Shown here piece after piece: positions 23,001-34,805 of a DNA stretch of 64,000 nucleotides (the stretch's first letter is position 1; each line of letters begins with the position of its first letter). The notes below the pieces were generated by a model. The model was not told where the DNA came from, did no database searches, and saw only the letters and a program-made list of their open reading frames with translations. The DNA lies in NCBI GenBank assembly GCA_964106645.2, contig OZ067051.1; one strand, written 5' to 3'. The translations under genes were made by a program, and so were the position numbers. The stretch comes from Podarcis pityusensis. Taxonomy: Eukaryota.

Positions 23001-25186
23001 ACCAGCTTCTGAGGACAAGTGCTTCTCCATGGGGCAGCTTGGGGGCAGCCCCTGGGCCTCACCTTGTCCAAAAATGGTGGGAGGTTGTGGGTGGCTTGAC
23101 ACACAAATATGCATGTCGCTCGTGTTCTGCTTGGCCACCTGGCACAATGTGTGAATGCGCTCCACTGACGAGCACTGTGACTCGCATCCCTTAATGTTGC
23201 TCCCACCAGGTGATCCAGAGTTGTCTCCTTCAATCCAGGTGTATCTGGTTTCTGTCCCCCAGTGAGGCAGACTTGGGCAAGCAGGGAATCTAAAACCGCT
23301 GGATGTGGCAGGTTGTCCTTCCTTGTCCCTCATCGTCTCTTTCTCTTGCTGAATACACTTCCAAAGTGTGCAAGGGAGGCCATTTCGAAGCCTGGGACCT
23401 CATCCTCACCATGGGGCAGATCTTCTGTACAGGAGAGCCAGCAAGATTGTCCTGCGGCCTAAAACTCATTTCAAAAATGGCACCGGCAGCAAGGGCTTGT
23501 TGACGGCCTAAATCCTTTGAAATCCAGAGGCTGCTTTCTTAACATCCGGAGTGGGTTTATCCCAGAGGGTCGTGTTACTACTGGCAGCACCTCGCTTTCT
23601 ATTTCAGAGACGCTATCGGCTTCTCCCTGATTGCATGGCATTCTGAAAACGGCATTCAGGGATCATTGCTCTGGCTGTGTGTGATTTAAGGTTTCCTTAA
23701 GGGAGGCTTCAGCTCAAAGGAGGAAGCAGCTCCCCCATTCTCCCCCTGCAGCTGTGTTGAGTGGCTCAGCGGGGCCACTTTCTCCTAAATCTGCCCCCCA
23801 AATCTGCAATTTGCTCCACTGGCTAGATCCTGCAGCGAGTTTCGGAAACCTGAACTCCTGGCGCAAGCGGTTTCTTGGCACCAGGTTGGGGCCTCCTTAC
23901 GAAAGGCTGGTAGGACGGATATTGCTGATCTGGGAAAGGTGTAAAAAAGAGCAGTCGAAGTAATCGATGGCCGGGGCACCTTCACTATCTGGAAAGAGTA
24001 AAACGGGGCATTCCTTTGTGGGAGGGAAGGGATTGTTTTAGAAAAGGTAGTGGTTAACTTGAATGCATGGGTGAAGAGATACCCACTCCCTTTTACCTAA
24101 TGCATAACTGGGGGCAGTTTATGAAAACAGTTAGGCTGCAGATCCAGTCAAAAGAGGGGACAATCTTCACATATGACACGCTTTGTACGGAATTTGCAAT
24201 CTTCGCCAGCTTAGATGGGTCTGAAAGGGGTTTAGCTAAATTCATGGGAAAGAAGGAGAGGTTGTGGACTCTCCTTCCTTGGAGGTTTTTAAGTAGAGGT
24301 TAGGTGGCCATCTGTCAGGGATGCTTTAGCAGAGATTCCTGCATCGCCAGGGAGTTGGGCTAGATGACCTTCGGGGGTACCTTTCAACTCAATAATTCTA
24401 CGAGATAATATTTCAGGCAGCTAAGTGGACACTTGCTGGGGACAAGCTGTTGCTTTCACGCGTCGCCTCTTGGGCTTCTTGAGAAACTGGGTGCTGGGCT
24501 AAATGAGAGTCAGTGGTAGTGTCGTGGTTAGAGCGCTAGGCCAGAACCTGGCAGACGAGGGTTCAAATCTCTACCCCGCCATGAAGCTCTCGATGGGTGA
24601 CCAGTCCCTGCTTCTCAGCAGGATTGTGGGGTTAAACAAGGTCCTTAAAATGCACCGACCCCCTTCCAAAGGCCTGCGTAAATATAATAGATTGACACTC
24701 CTCTTGAATGGCAGGAAAAGGGGTTGCCTGATCCCCCCCCCCCCAGCAGGAGGGAATTCCAGAGATGGGGGGCATCTACCTCTATGGAGAATATGGAGAG
24801 TGGCACATGCGGAGAATGGCAGAACCTCCTCGGACTGTTCTCGGGAGTGCAAGGTGGCATCTCCCTGGGTGCAGATAAGAACATCGGCCCATCATCCTGT
24901 TCTCACAGTGGCCAACCAGATGCCTGTGGGCAAACCCACAAGCGGGACCCCTACCCAAGTGCGCTCTCCCCTTCTGTGATTTCTGGTATTCAGGAGGATT
25001 GCTGTCCCTGGCTGTGGAGGCAGAGCATAACCATTGTGGCTCATAGCCACTGATAATAACCCTCTCCTCCGCGGATTTGCCTCGTCCTCTTTTAAAGCCA
25101 TCTAGCTTGGTTGCCCATCAGCGCATTCCTGGGGCAGTGAGTTCCACAGTTTAGCATCGTGCTGCTGTCCTTCCTTTTCCCCCTAT

Positions 25187-25189
<3 letters not shown>

Positions 25190-25235
<46 letters not shown>

Positions 25236-25945
25236 TTATTTATGCCCTGTCCACTCTGGGCGGCTTCCAACAGAACACTAAAATACAATAACCTATTAAA
25301 AATTAAAAGCTTCCCTAAACAGGGCTGCCTTCAGATGTCTTCTGAAAGTTTGGTAGTTATTTTTCTCTTTGACATCTGGTGGGAGGGTGTTCCACAGGGC
25401 AGGTGCCACCACCAAGAAGGCCCTCTGCCTGGTTCCCTGTAACTTGGCTTCTGGCAATGAGGGAACCGCCAGAAGGCCTTCAGAGCTGGACCTCAGTGTC
25501 CGGGCAGAACAATGGGGGTGGAGACGCTCCTTCAGGTATACTGGACTGAGGCCGTTTAGGGCTTTAAATGTCAGCACCAACACTTTGAATTGTGCTCGGA
25601 AACGTACCGGGAGCCAGTGTAGGTCTTTCAAGACCGGTGTTATATGGTCTCGGCGGCTGCTCCCAGTCACCAGTCTAGCTGCTGCATTCTGGATTAGTTG
25701 TAGTTTCTGGGTCACCTTCAAAGGTAGCCCCACGTAGAGCGCACTGCAGTAGTCCAAGTGGGAGATAATCAGAGCATGCACCACTCTGGCGAGACAGTCC
25801 TCGGGCAGGTAGGGTCTCAGCCTCCGTACCAGATGGAGCTGGTAGACAGCTGCCCTGGACCCAGAATTGACCTGCACCTCCATGGACTGCTTTGAGTCCA
25901 AAATGACTCCCAGGCTGCGCACCTGGTCCTTCAGGGGCACAGTTA
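25190..25945 (-). mobile_element. L2 LINE 3' portion with (TTA)n tail
   Basis: 214-aa open frame VRSLGVILDS...LDYCSALYVGLP...QNAAARLVTG...HWLPVRFRAQFK; (AAT)n at 25190-25233. Confidence 0.93.
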
Positions 25946-26247
25946 TCTCCGTTGCTTCTGTTCTCTCACACCCCTGAGAGGCTAGAGGGTCTACTGCAAC
26001 GTGAGGGGGCTTATTTTGTCTCCAAAGTAGGCAGCTTTTCTTTAAGGCAGGTTGTCCCTTAGGATCTGCTTCGGGGGGAGAAGAAACAGCAACAGCAACC
26101 CTGACGGGTCAGAGCAGAAAGGCCAGTCCCTCTTCCGCCGCCCCACCTGCCAAATTTCCAGTGTATTTTGAGGCCTCGTAAATAGGAACCCCTGGGAGTA
26201 GCTTGAATCCCGTCGCACGTGACGGCCACCTGCCAGCCCTGCAGAGT

Positions 26248-26331
26248 TTATAAATAAAAGGCAGGGAATTGTGGAGCAAGACCTTGAAGACTCTTTGAGT
26301 TGGCAGATGAGCAGGGAACTGCATGGATAAG
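26248..26331 (+). promoter_or_regulatory. Candidate internal promoter and first exon (MEF2/TATA box; ATG GAT AAG|GTAGGC)
   Basis: TTATAAATAA at 26248-26257, with upstream CCGCCC and CACGTG motifs. The donor is in frame with the PH2 exon. Confidence 0.4.
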
Positions 26332-26869
26332 GTAGGCAGCCCGTGTGTGTAGGCGTATGTATTTCTATATTGGTCTGCTGGCTGCAATGGGCAGCACTGA
26401 GCCGTTTTGCCTCCTCCAGAAAACATTCCCTGCATCAGATTTCCCTGCTGGCGGGATCCTTGCCTTGCTGGAGAGGGAGTGGCTCCTGTTTTTAAGACGC
26501 TCCCTGCTGGCCAGTATGTGCAACGGCAGCGGCTCACAGCTTCAGCCCCAGAGCAATCAATTGGTGCCTTCTCTGCTTATATGGAGAAGGATTCTTGTTT
26601 ATCTGTGCAAGGGCAGGCTGCAAAGCCATTCATTTAAGGTTTAGTGGCTGGGACATCCAGGGAGCTTCCCGGCTGAGTGAGGATTTGAACTCGGGTCCTT
26701 CAGACACCCAAGTCCACATCGTCATACTGGTGCACTCCCTCCCTCTCCCTTTTGCTTTGTATTTCCATCTTCCATTTCATTATGTTGTTCAAAAATCCTT
26801 GGGCCTGATCCTGTCTGCACCTTGTATGTGCAGAGTCCTCTGAGTTTGGGACTTGAGCTGGTGGGAGTG

Positions 26870-27170
26870 CCCCAGAAATATTGACTTACCTGCTTCTCTT
26901 TGCCCCCAATACCTCAAGGACTGCCTCTTTCCATATGAATAGACCTGGACCGTGCGATCATCATCTGAGGCCCTTCTTTGTGTGCCTATTCTGCGAGAGG
27001 TCCAGAGGGCAGCAACACGAGTACGGGGCCTTTTCTGTGGTGGCTCCCCATCTGTGGAATGCTCTCCCCAGGGAAGCTCGCCTGGCACCTTCATTAAATA
27101 TCATTAGGCAAAAATATTCCTCTTCATCCAGGCCTTTGGCTAATTAAAAAATCTATGGTCTTTTAAACTA
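26870..27170 (+). mobile_element. L2 LINE 3' fragment
   Basis: Translates as AFSVVAPHLWNALPREARLAPSL. Confidence 0.75.
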
Positions 27171-27269
27171 TTTGTAGCTATAGTACACATTTTTGTGAAA
27201 AATGCTGTCTTGAAGACCACTGTAGCTTTCATTTCTAAATATAGGGGATGGATTTCATTTCTAAATATA

Positions 27270-27568
27270 GGGGATGGAGGGAGAAAGGTTGTTTTCTGCT
27301 GCTCCAGAGAAGCGGACACGGAGCAATGGATCCAAACTACAAGAAAGAAGATTCCACCTAAACATTAGGAAGAACTTCCTGACAGTAAGAGCTGTTCGAC
27401 GGTGGAATTTGCTGCCAAGGAGTGTGGTGGAGTCTCCTTCTTTGGAGGTCTTTAAGCAGAGGCTTGACAACCATATGTCAGGAGTGCTCTGATGGTGTTT
27501 CCTGCTTGGCAGGGGGTTGGACTCAATGGCCCTTGTGGTCTTTTCCAACTCTATGATTCTATGATTTA
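27270..27568 (+). mobile_element. CR1 LINE 3' end
   Basis: Translates as RTRSNGSKLQERRFHLNIRKNFLTVRAVRRWNLLPRSVVESPSLEVFKQRLDNHMSGVL; (ATTCTATG) tail. Confidence 0.92.
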
Positions 27569-27978
27569 CTCAAAGACTGCAGTCTAATGAATTCACAGCA
27601 TGGCTGCTGGCTGCAAGAACAATATCCGTAGCATAAAAGTGGAAGGATTTGCAGATACTTCTGTGATATATAAATTTATGGAACCTGGCGATGGCACAAA
27701 AGCTTCCTTGGATCCCAGCACACATACAATGCTGTTCCTTGCCGGGGATGGTTTTGAAAACAACATACATAGTTTTAAGTAACGGAAGTAGCTTGTTCTC
27801 CTGTGGCATCCTTGTTCAGTGCAGACTGAGTCTCCCCTCGTTTCCTTTTGGCCTTGTGGAACTGCAGGCACCTTCCTTGGATGAAGATAGCGTGTTTTCC
27901 CTCTCTTGGAAGCTGAACGTGGCCCCGGTCCTGTCTGAGTTTTGCAAAGGACTCATTATCTCCTTTTCCTCTCTGCAG

Positions 27979-28035
27979 CCTGACTTGCTGAACTTCAAGA
28001 AGGGATGGCTGACCAAGCAGTACGAGGATGGACAG
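27979..28035 (+). CDS. MPRIP: MPRIP PH2 exon (PDLLNFKKGWLTKQYEDGQ)
   Basis: Acceptor ctgcag, donor CAG|GTAAA, 57 nt. Confidence 0.96.
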
Positions 28036-28084
28036 GTAAAATCTCGGATGAAATTCTGATTTAAGGACCTCTCCTCCAAGTAAA

Positions 28085-28434
28085 GGGACGCGGGTGGCGC
28101 TGTGGGTTAAACCACAGAGCCTAGGACTTGCTGATCAGAAGGTCGGTGGTTTGAATCCCCGTGATGGGGTGAGCTCCCATTGCTCGGTCCCAGCTCCTGC
28201 CAACCTAGCAGTTCGAAAGCACGTCAAGTGCAAGTAGATAAATAGGTACCGCTCCGGTGGGAAGGTAAATGGCGTTTCCGTGTGCTGCTCTGGTTCGCCA
28301 GAAGCGGCTTAGTCATGCTGGCCACATGACCCGGAAGCTGTACGCTGGCTCCCTCGGCCAATAAAGCAAGATGAGCGCCACAACCCCAGAGTCAGCCACG
28401 ACTGGACCTAACGGTCGGGGTCCCTTTACCTGTA
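28085..28434 (+). mobile_element. Sauria SINE with 12-bp TSD
   Basis: Full head and tail; TSD CCTCCAAGTAAA at 28073-28084 and 28435-28446. Confidence 0.93.
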
Positions 28435-28588
28435 CCTCCAAGTAAAGAGCTGGCTTTTGTTACGATCTGGTTACAGTTTGTTGTACTTTTATCTGATTTA
28501 TAGCCCACCTTTTTCCTCCAATAAGCTCCATTTGGCATACATGGTTCTCTTCCTCCCCGTTTTAATCTCACAACAGCCCTATGAAGTA

Positions 28589-29084
28589 CCATATTTTTCG
28601 CACCATAGGACGCACCGGACAATAGGACACACTTTGTTTTAGAGGGGGGAGAACAAGAAAAAAAAATTCTCCCCCTCTCTGCCCAGCGCCCCTTCAGCGA
28701 AGTGGCAGGAGGCGCTGTGCAGAGAGGGGGAGAACTTTCCCCCTCTTGTTTTCCCACTCTAAAACAAGGTGCCGTTTAAGGTGCGTTCAGGCGGCTACCT
28801 TGGAAGCCTGGAGAGCGAGAGGGGTCGGTGTGCACTGACCCCTCTCGCTCTCCAGGCTTCAGGTTCCTTTCGACCTGCTCTTTGGGGCTGGCGGGGGGAA
28901 GCCCACCACCAGCCCCAAAGAGCAGTTCAGGGAGCAGCGGAGAGGCTCCTGCCATAGCCGTCCGTCACCTCTCCAACCGGGAGAGGGTCGCGGGGCTATG
29001 GCGTCTTCGCTCCATAGGACGCACACACATTTTCCCTTCATTTTTGAAGGGAAAAAAGTGCGTCCTATGGAGCGAAAAATACGG
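28589..29084. mobile_element. Pogo/Tigger-type MITE nested in an older SINE
   Basis: TIRs CCATATTTTTCGCACCATAGGACGCAC / GTGCGTCCTATGGAGCGAAAAATACGG; TA TSD. The host SINE continues on both sides. Confidence 0.85.
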
Positions 29085-30139
29085 TAGGTTAGACTAAGAG
29101 ACTGTGACTGACTCCAAGGTCACCCCAGGAGCTTCATGGTCGAGTGGGGATCCGAACCCTGGTCTCCCAGGTCCTCCTTGCCGTATGCTGTTCCCTGAGT
29201 ATCCAGGCAGCCTTGGTTGATAAGCAGAAGCCGAGGCTGCCAGTTTCCGCTGCAAGATTCACAGGCTGCAGCTACAGCAGCAGCCTCTGAATACTGAAAA
29301 GGGCATCTTGAAATACAGTAAGGAGGAAGAGGTTGGATTAAAGCAGAATGCCTTGGAGAGGGTGTCCTTAATGGAAGAGCCAGCTGCTCTGTTTCCCTAA
29401 GGCAACGTGGTTGAATGTTCCCTTCCTAGACCCAGCAAGGCTGCCAAAGTTATTGATTGGAGAGCGTGTCCTGTCGAAAAACCCCTCCCCACTCTCTCCT
29501 GTTGCTCAGGCTTTCCATTCCAACTTCTTCACTTGTTTATGAAATGCATGTATTATTACTTGGCTTGCATTTTTTCTCCTGGTCAAAAATCCCCTACGCG
29601 GTTGTCAGAAATCACAGATCCAAAATTCAAATTGAAACACGATAAATACTTTTGAAGCCCGTCATTTAGAAGAGCACGTCAGGCAACTCAACAGGGTTAA
29701 CACTCTCAAACATCCCCAATAGGCCCGGGTGAACAACTGAGTTTTTAGGAGGCGTTGGACATCCGAGAGACGGAGGTTCTGAAATCTCCTTTGTGGGAGT
29801 GTGTTCCAGAGGCTTGTTGTTAAAATTGAAACAGCCTGCTCTCTTGGAAACATTTCCAGATTGCAATCTCTGGCCACCATACGACCAGTTGCGTCTCCTC
29901 TGATCGCAGAGGACAAGGTTCACTATCATAAGGGAGGCAGGCTGTTGCATCAGGAGTTGTTACTTGCTCCCGTATACAGAAGTTTATGTGTGCTTGCACA
30001 GAGGCACACATCGCAAGATCTAGTGTCTAGAGTCACAGTATGCTAGTGAGGCATTGCACAATAAGGATTGGGGGGAATGGCAAGAGCACACAGATCATCT
30101 GAGCAGTTTGTAAAACAGCTTGTCTTGTTTGTTCCCTAG

Positions 30140-30208
30140 TGGAAGAAACACTGGTTTGTGCTGACGGATCAGAGCCTGAGATACTACCGGGATTCTGTGG
30201 CAGAGGAG
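30140..30208 (+). CDS. MPRIP: MPRIP PH2 exon (WKKHWFVLTDQSLRYYRDSVAEE)
   Basis: Acceptor cctag, donor GAG|GTAAG, 69 nt. Confidence 0.96.
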
Positions 30209-30469
30209 GTAAGCTACAATCGCCAATGATAGTCAAAGCTCCATTTCCCCCCTCTGATGTTCAACTCCTCGCATTCTCCTGCTTTCCCTGCTTCCATTTC
30301 CCAACCCTGCTGAATTTTAGACTGTAAGCTGCTCTGGGCAGGGACCTATCTTCCTGTATTTTGTAAAACACTGCACACATGCTGCTTGAATAAGCAAATG
30401 ATCTACTTTGTCTTGTTGGAGATGAGAAAAACAAGCCTCACACATTTCTTCTTTGCGATGTTTTGCCAG

Positions 30470-30559
30470 GCTGCTGATTTGGATGGGGAAATTGATTTGT
30501 CAACATGTTTTGATGTCACGGAATACCCCGTCCAGCGGAACTATGGCTTCCAAATCCAT
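30470..30559 (+). CDS. MPRIP: MPRIP PH2 exon (AADLDGEIDLSTCFDVTEYPVQRNYGFQIH)
   Basis: Acceptor gccag, donor CAT|GTAAG, 90 nt. Confidence 0.96.
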
Positions 30560-31698
30560 GTAAGAGAAACTTGTGGGGAGCAGGATGGGTCATGCAGTGA
30601 ATTTAGGAGGTGGCTGCGGTTGGAAAATAATAGTAATTGCTTCTGTAGCTTTCATCCAGTTTCAAATGGAATTTCACTTATTCTTCAGAGGATGAGGTCC
30701 ATAGCTTGGGAGATTTCCTAGGTCGAGGTTTGTTTAAGACCGCTCCAGTATCTCCTGCAGCACAAAGTTGTTACTCTTCATCCTGGCCACAGCTCCCCAT
30801 GCTTTGGTTAACCTCCAGGCTTGACTACTGCAATACGTTGCACATGGGGCTGCCCTCAGAAAACATTTGAAAACATTATCTGATTCAAAAGACTCCTGAC
30901 TGAGGCTTGCTGGAGTGGCCACAACATATATCATAAATGTAATAAACTTATTTATAAATTTTAATAATCATAATATCATAATGACAATTTACAATAAAAT
31001 CGTAAATAAAAAATATCCTCCCAGTTCCCCAACTTCCTCTGAAGTTAGGCAGGCAGTTACTGGGGAAGAGAGTCTTGGTTATGCCACCCCAGTTTTTAAA
31101 CTCCCAGTTTGCCTGGCGCCTTTTCTTAATGTCCTTGAGGTGACAGACAAAGACCATATTTTACTGACATTATAGCTTTAGTGTCTTTTTCTTTTCATTT
31201 TTGCTGTTAGCTTTTATTTTCTGACGTTTCAGCCTTAATACAGCTAATTTGAGATTTTGCAGTCTTGTTGTTTTTTAAAAAAACTAGATTGTTTTTTGTG
31301 TGCTGCAAAATTGTACACACACAAATCATAAAACATAACATGACTGAGAAAAATTGGTGACGGGCGGGGTGTGTGTAAAATACAAAACATATGATTGTAC
31401 AGTAAATAATCACAAGGTGATTACAGTTAAGCAGTTCAACGAATTCTTCAATAAATCAACTTGAAGACAACTTTAGAAGACATCTGAAGGCAGCCCTGTT
31501 TAGGGAAGATTTAAATATTTGATGAATTATTGTATTTTAATATTTTGCTGGAAGCTGCCCAGAGTGGCTGGGGTATAAATAATAAATTATCATAATATTA
31601 TTAATAGAAGGGGATGCAAAGGATGCTTTCTTCTAAATGAACTGGTGCTCAGCATCACCTCTTCCCCTTGTATTTCTCTTCCTTTTCTTTTGGCGTAG

Positions 31699-31808
31699 AC
31701 TAAAGAAGGCGAGTTCACTCTCTCTGCCATGACCTCGGGGATCCGCAGGAACTGGATCCAGACGATTATGAAGCACGTTCGCCCCACCACTGCTCCAGAT
31801 GTGACCAG
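31699..31808 (+). CDS. MPRIP: MPRIP PH2 exon ([36 protein letters not shown])
   Basis: Acceptor cgtag, donor AG|GTAAG, phase 0 to 2. Confidence 0.96.
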
Positions 31809-32816
31809 GTAAGAAGAAAGGGGCGTTTCAGGGCAGTCTCCTATTCACTGGGCCTCCACACCTTCCAGCCTTTCTCTGTCTCTCTCTATGCCTCTGTTCT
31901 CTCTCTCTCTCTTTCTCCATTCTCCTTTACTGACCCCCTCCTTTTGATCCTCACACGGCTCGGAAGCTGCTGTTTGGTGCCTCGCTGCCAAATTTCTCGG
32001 CTGCGGCTTGTTCCGATTCTACGCCGGCGTGCGGCGCAACGGCTGGAAGTGTTGGGTGGGCCTGGAGCCAGGGAGACAGAGACTTAAAAGTCTGCTGGGT
32101 TACAAAGCGCTCTGGTGGACCCAAGACCGGTTGGTCGCTCTCCCTCCCTCACAACCTTCCTTCAAGGAAGGGCAGGATCCGAGGCTCACACACCTGTTTT
32201 AATCTGTAAGACACTGAGGGCATCTTACCGAGGATTTCTCATCCGTTTAGGAAGACTTGTGAGGAAATATGTGATCAAAAGTCGCAGAATAGTTCAGAAG
32301 CAAAAGTTTACTCCCAATAAATTGAAAAGCATAAAGAGCCCAGAGTTGATTGATGAGATCCCTCAGCCTTGGGCAATTTAAAGAGTCCTCATCTCTCCTT
32401 TGGAATCCACACTGCATTGCACGGTGGGTGTTTTTCTCCTTGGGAAAGATGTCACTTCAGAACTGACTCTTAGAATTATCTGTCAGACTTCGTTGATTGC
32501 AGGTGTTTAGGAAAACCTCGAAGTCCCACTTGTTTCTGCCAGCTTTTTCTTGAGCCACGTTTGTTGTGTGTTGTATTTTAGTATGGGGGGGGGGCTTTTT
32601 TCCAAAACTGGCTTTTAATTGTTTTGTTGTACTGTATTTTAATTGTACACCACATTGGGAGGAGTCTCCTGACCTTAAAGGCCACATAAAACTATTTTAA
32701 ATAAAGCCTTGATTCTCAGCTTTGCTGAGGCTCAGGGCAGCTGCCTGAATTGCAAATATTCCATTATATCTCTAGTGTTTTTCAGTGTACAAAGTGATTA
32801 GCAGAAGAAATACATA

Positions 32817-34430
32817 CAGTCGCGGGGAAAAGAAAGCGCACCCTCTTTGAATTCTGTGGTTTTACATATGAAGACATAATAACAATCATCTGTTCCTATA
32901 GCAGGTCTTAAAAATTAGGTAAATGCAGCCTCAGATGAACAGCAACACATAGCATATTCCACTGTGTCATGATTTATTTAACACAAATAAAGCCAAAACG
33001 GAAGTCGTGTGTGAAAAACTAAGTACACCTTATGATTCAATAGCTTGTAGAACCACCTTTAGCAGCAATAACATGAAGCAGTTGTTTTCTGTAGGATTTT
33101 ATCTGTCTCTCACATCATTGTGGAGGAATTTTGGCTCATTCTTCTTTACAACTTTGCTTCAGTTCATTGAGGTTTGCTGGCATTTGTTTGTGTACAGTTC
33201 TCTTAAGGTCCCACACAGTATTTCAATTGGGTTGAGGTCTGGATTTTGACTGGGCCATTGCAACCCCTTGATTCTGTTCTTTTTCAGCCATTCTGTTGTA
33301 GATGTGCTGGTGTGCTTGGGATCCTTGTCCCTATTGCATGACCCAATTTCAGCCAAGTTTCAGCTGTTGGGCAGACGGCCACACATTTGACTGTAGAATA
33401 CTTTGGTATACAGAGGAGTTTGTGGTCAACTCAATGACTGCAAGGTTCCCAGGTCCTGTGGCTGCAAAACAAACCCAAACCAATCACCCTTCCACCACCA
33501 TGCTTGACAGTTGAGATGAGGCTCTTATTCTGACATGCTGTGTTTAATTTTTGCTAAACGTGGCGCTGTGCGTTATGGCCAAACATCTCCACTTTGGTCT
33601 CCTCTGTCCAAAGGACATTGTTCCAGAAATCTTGTGATTTGTTCAGATGCAACTTTGCAAACCAAAGCTGTGCTGCCATGTTCTTTTTAGAAAAACGAGG
33701 CTTTCTCCTGGAAACCCTTCCAAACAAACTGTACTTGTTCAGTCTTTTTCTAATTGTCATGAACTTTAACATTTAACATGCTAACTGAGGCCTGTAGAGG
33801 CTGAGATGTAACTCTTGGGCTTTGTTTTGTTTTTTTGCCATGTCTCTGAACATTGTATGGTCTGACTTTGGGATGAATTTGCTGGGACGTCCACTCCTGA
33901 GAAGACTGGCAACTGTCTTGAATGTTTTCCACTTTTGAATAATCTTTCTCCCTGTAGAATGATGGACTTAAAACTGGTTGGAGATGGTCTTGGAACCCTT
34001 CCCAGTTTCATGGGCGGCAGCACTTGCTTCTCGAAGAGCATTGTGTTCTCTTTCCTCTTTGGCATTGTGTTAAAACACACCTGAATGCTCCAGACCAGCA
34101 AACTGCTAAAACTTCAGCTTTTACAGAGGTGAACATGCTGATGATCAGTTAAGCAGGAGCATTTGATTAGCAGCCTCTGTCAGCTACTTAGCTTCTTAAT
34201 TCCTATGGAAGCAGTAAGGGTGTACTTAGTTTTTCATACATGATTTCTCCATCTTGGCTTTATTTCTGATAAATAAATTATGCCACGGTGTAATATGTCC
34301 TATGTTGTTGTTCATCTGAGGTTCTATTTAGCTAATTTTAAGACCTGCTAAGGAACAGATGATTGCTATTATCTCCTAATATGTAAAACCACAGAATTCA
34401 AAGAGGGTGCACTTTCTTTTTCCCATGATG
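32817..34430 (-). mobile_element. Full-length IR/DR-type Tc1 transposon fossil
   Basis: ~210-bp TIRs with inner and outer direct repeats, a TA 5' flank and ~1.6 kb total length. Confidence 0.92.
33037..34065 (-). pseudogene. Frameshifted DD34E Tc1 transposase
   Basis: Fragments in several frames: MPKRKE..., FAKLHLNKSQDFWNNVLWTEETKVEMFG, DKDPKH...[12 protein letters not shown] (34 residues between D and E) and GGSTSY*. Confidence 0.9.
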
Positions 34431-34766
34431 CATGTAACCCCCCTCTTAAGAGTCAATGGAAGCACCGCCTGGGTGTGTTTTTAGGGGGTCTTCTTTCAGT
34501 TTGCTGCCTCTTTCTTTCCTCTTCTACCACTTGCATTCTTCCATTCTCTGCCCTGTTCTGACCCCTCCCTAGCAACCGCTTGAGGACGCTCTTGCTTTCC
34601 TTCTTTTGAGAGCTGTGATTGGAAAAACGCAGCCCACAGTTTCAACCCGGAACGACCCATTCCCCTTTCTGCTCCGCACATCACCCCATTTCTCTCTGGG
34701 TGCTTCTGAACCCTCTTTTCTCTCTCTCCTCACTCCTTCGTGTGTTTAATTTCCATGCGTTCCCAG

Positions 34767-34805
34767 GAAAAGCTTCTCTTTGAAACTATCCGTGCTGAAG
34801 CCCAG
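34767..34805 (+). CDS. MPRIP: Candidate 39-nt MPRIP microexon (R-KSFSLKLSVLKP)
   Basis: Very long pyrimidine tract, TGC just upstream of CAG, donor AG|GTTGGA. Symmetric phase 2 and open in the MPRIP frame. Confidence 0.55.
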
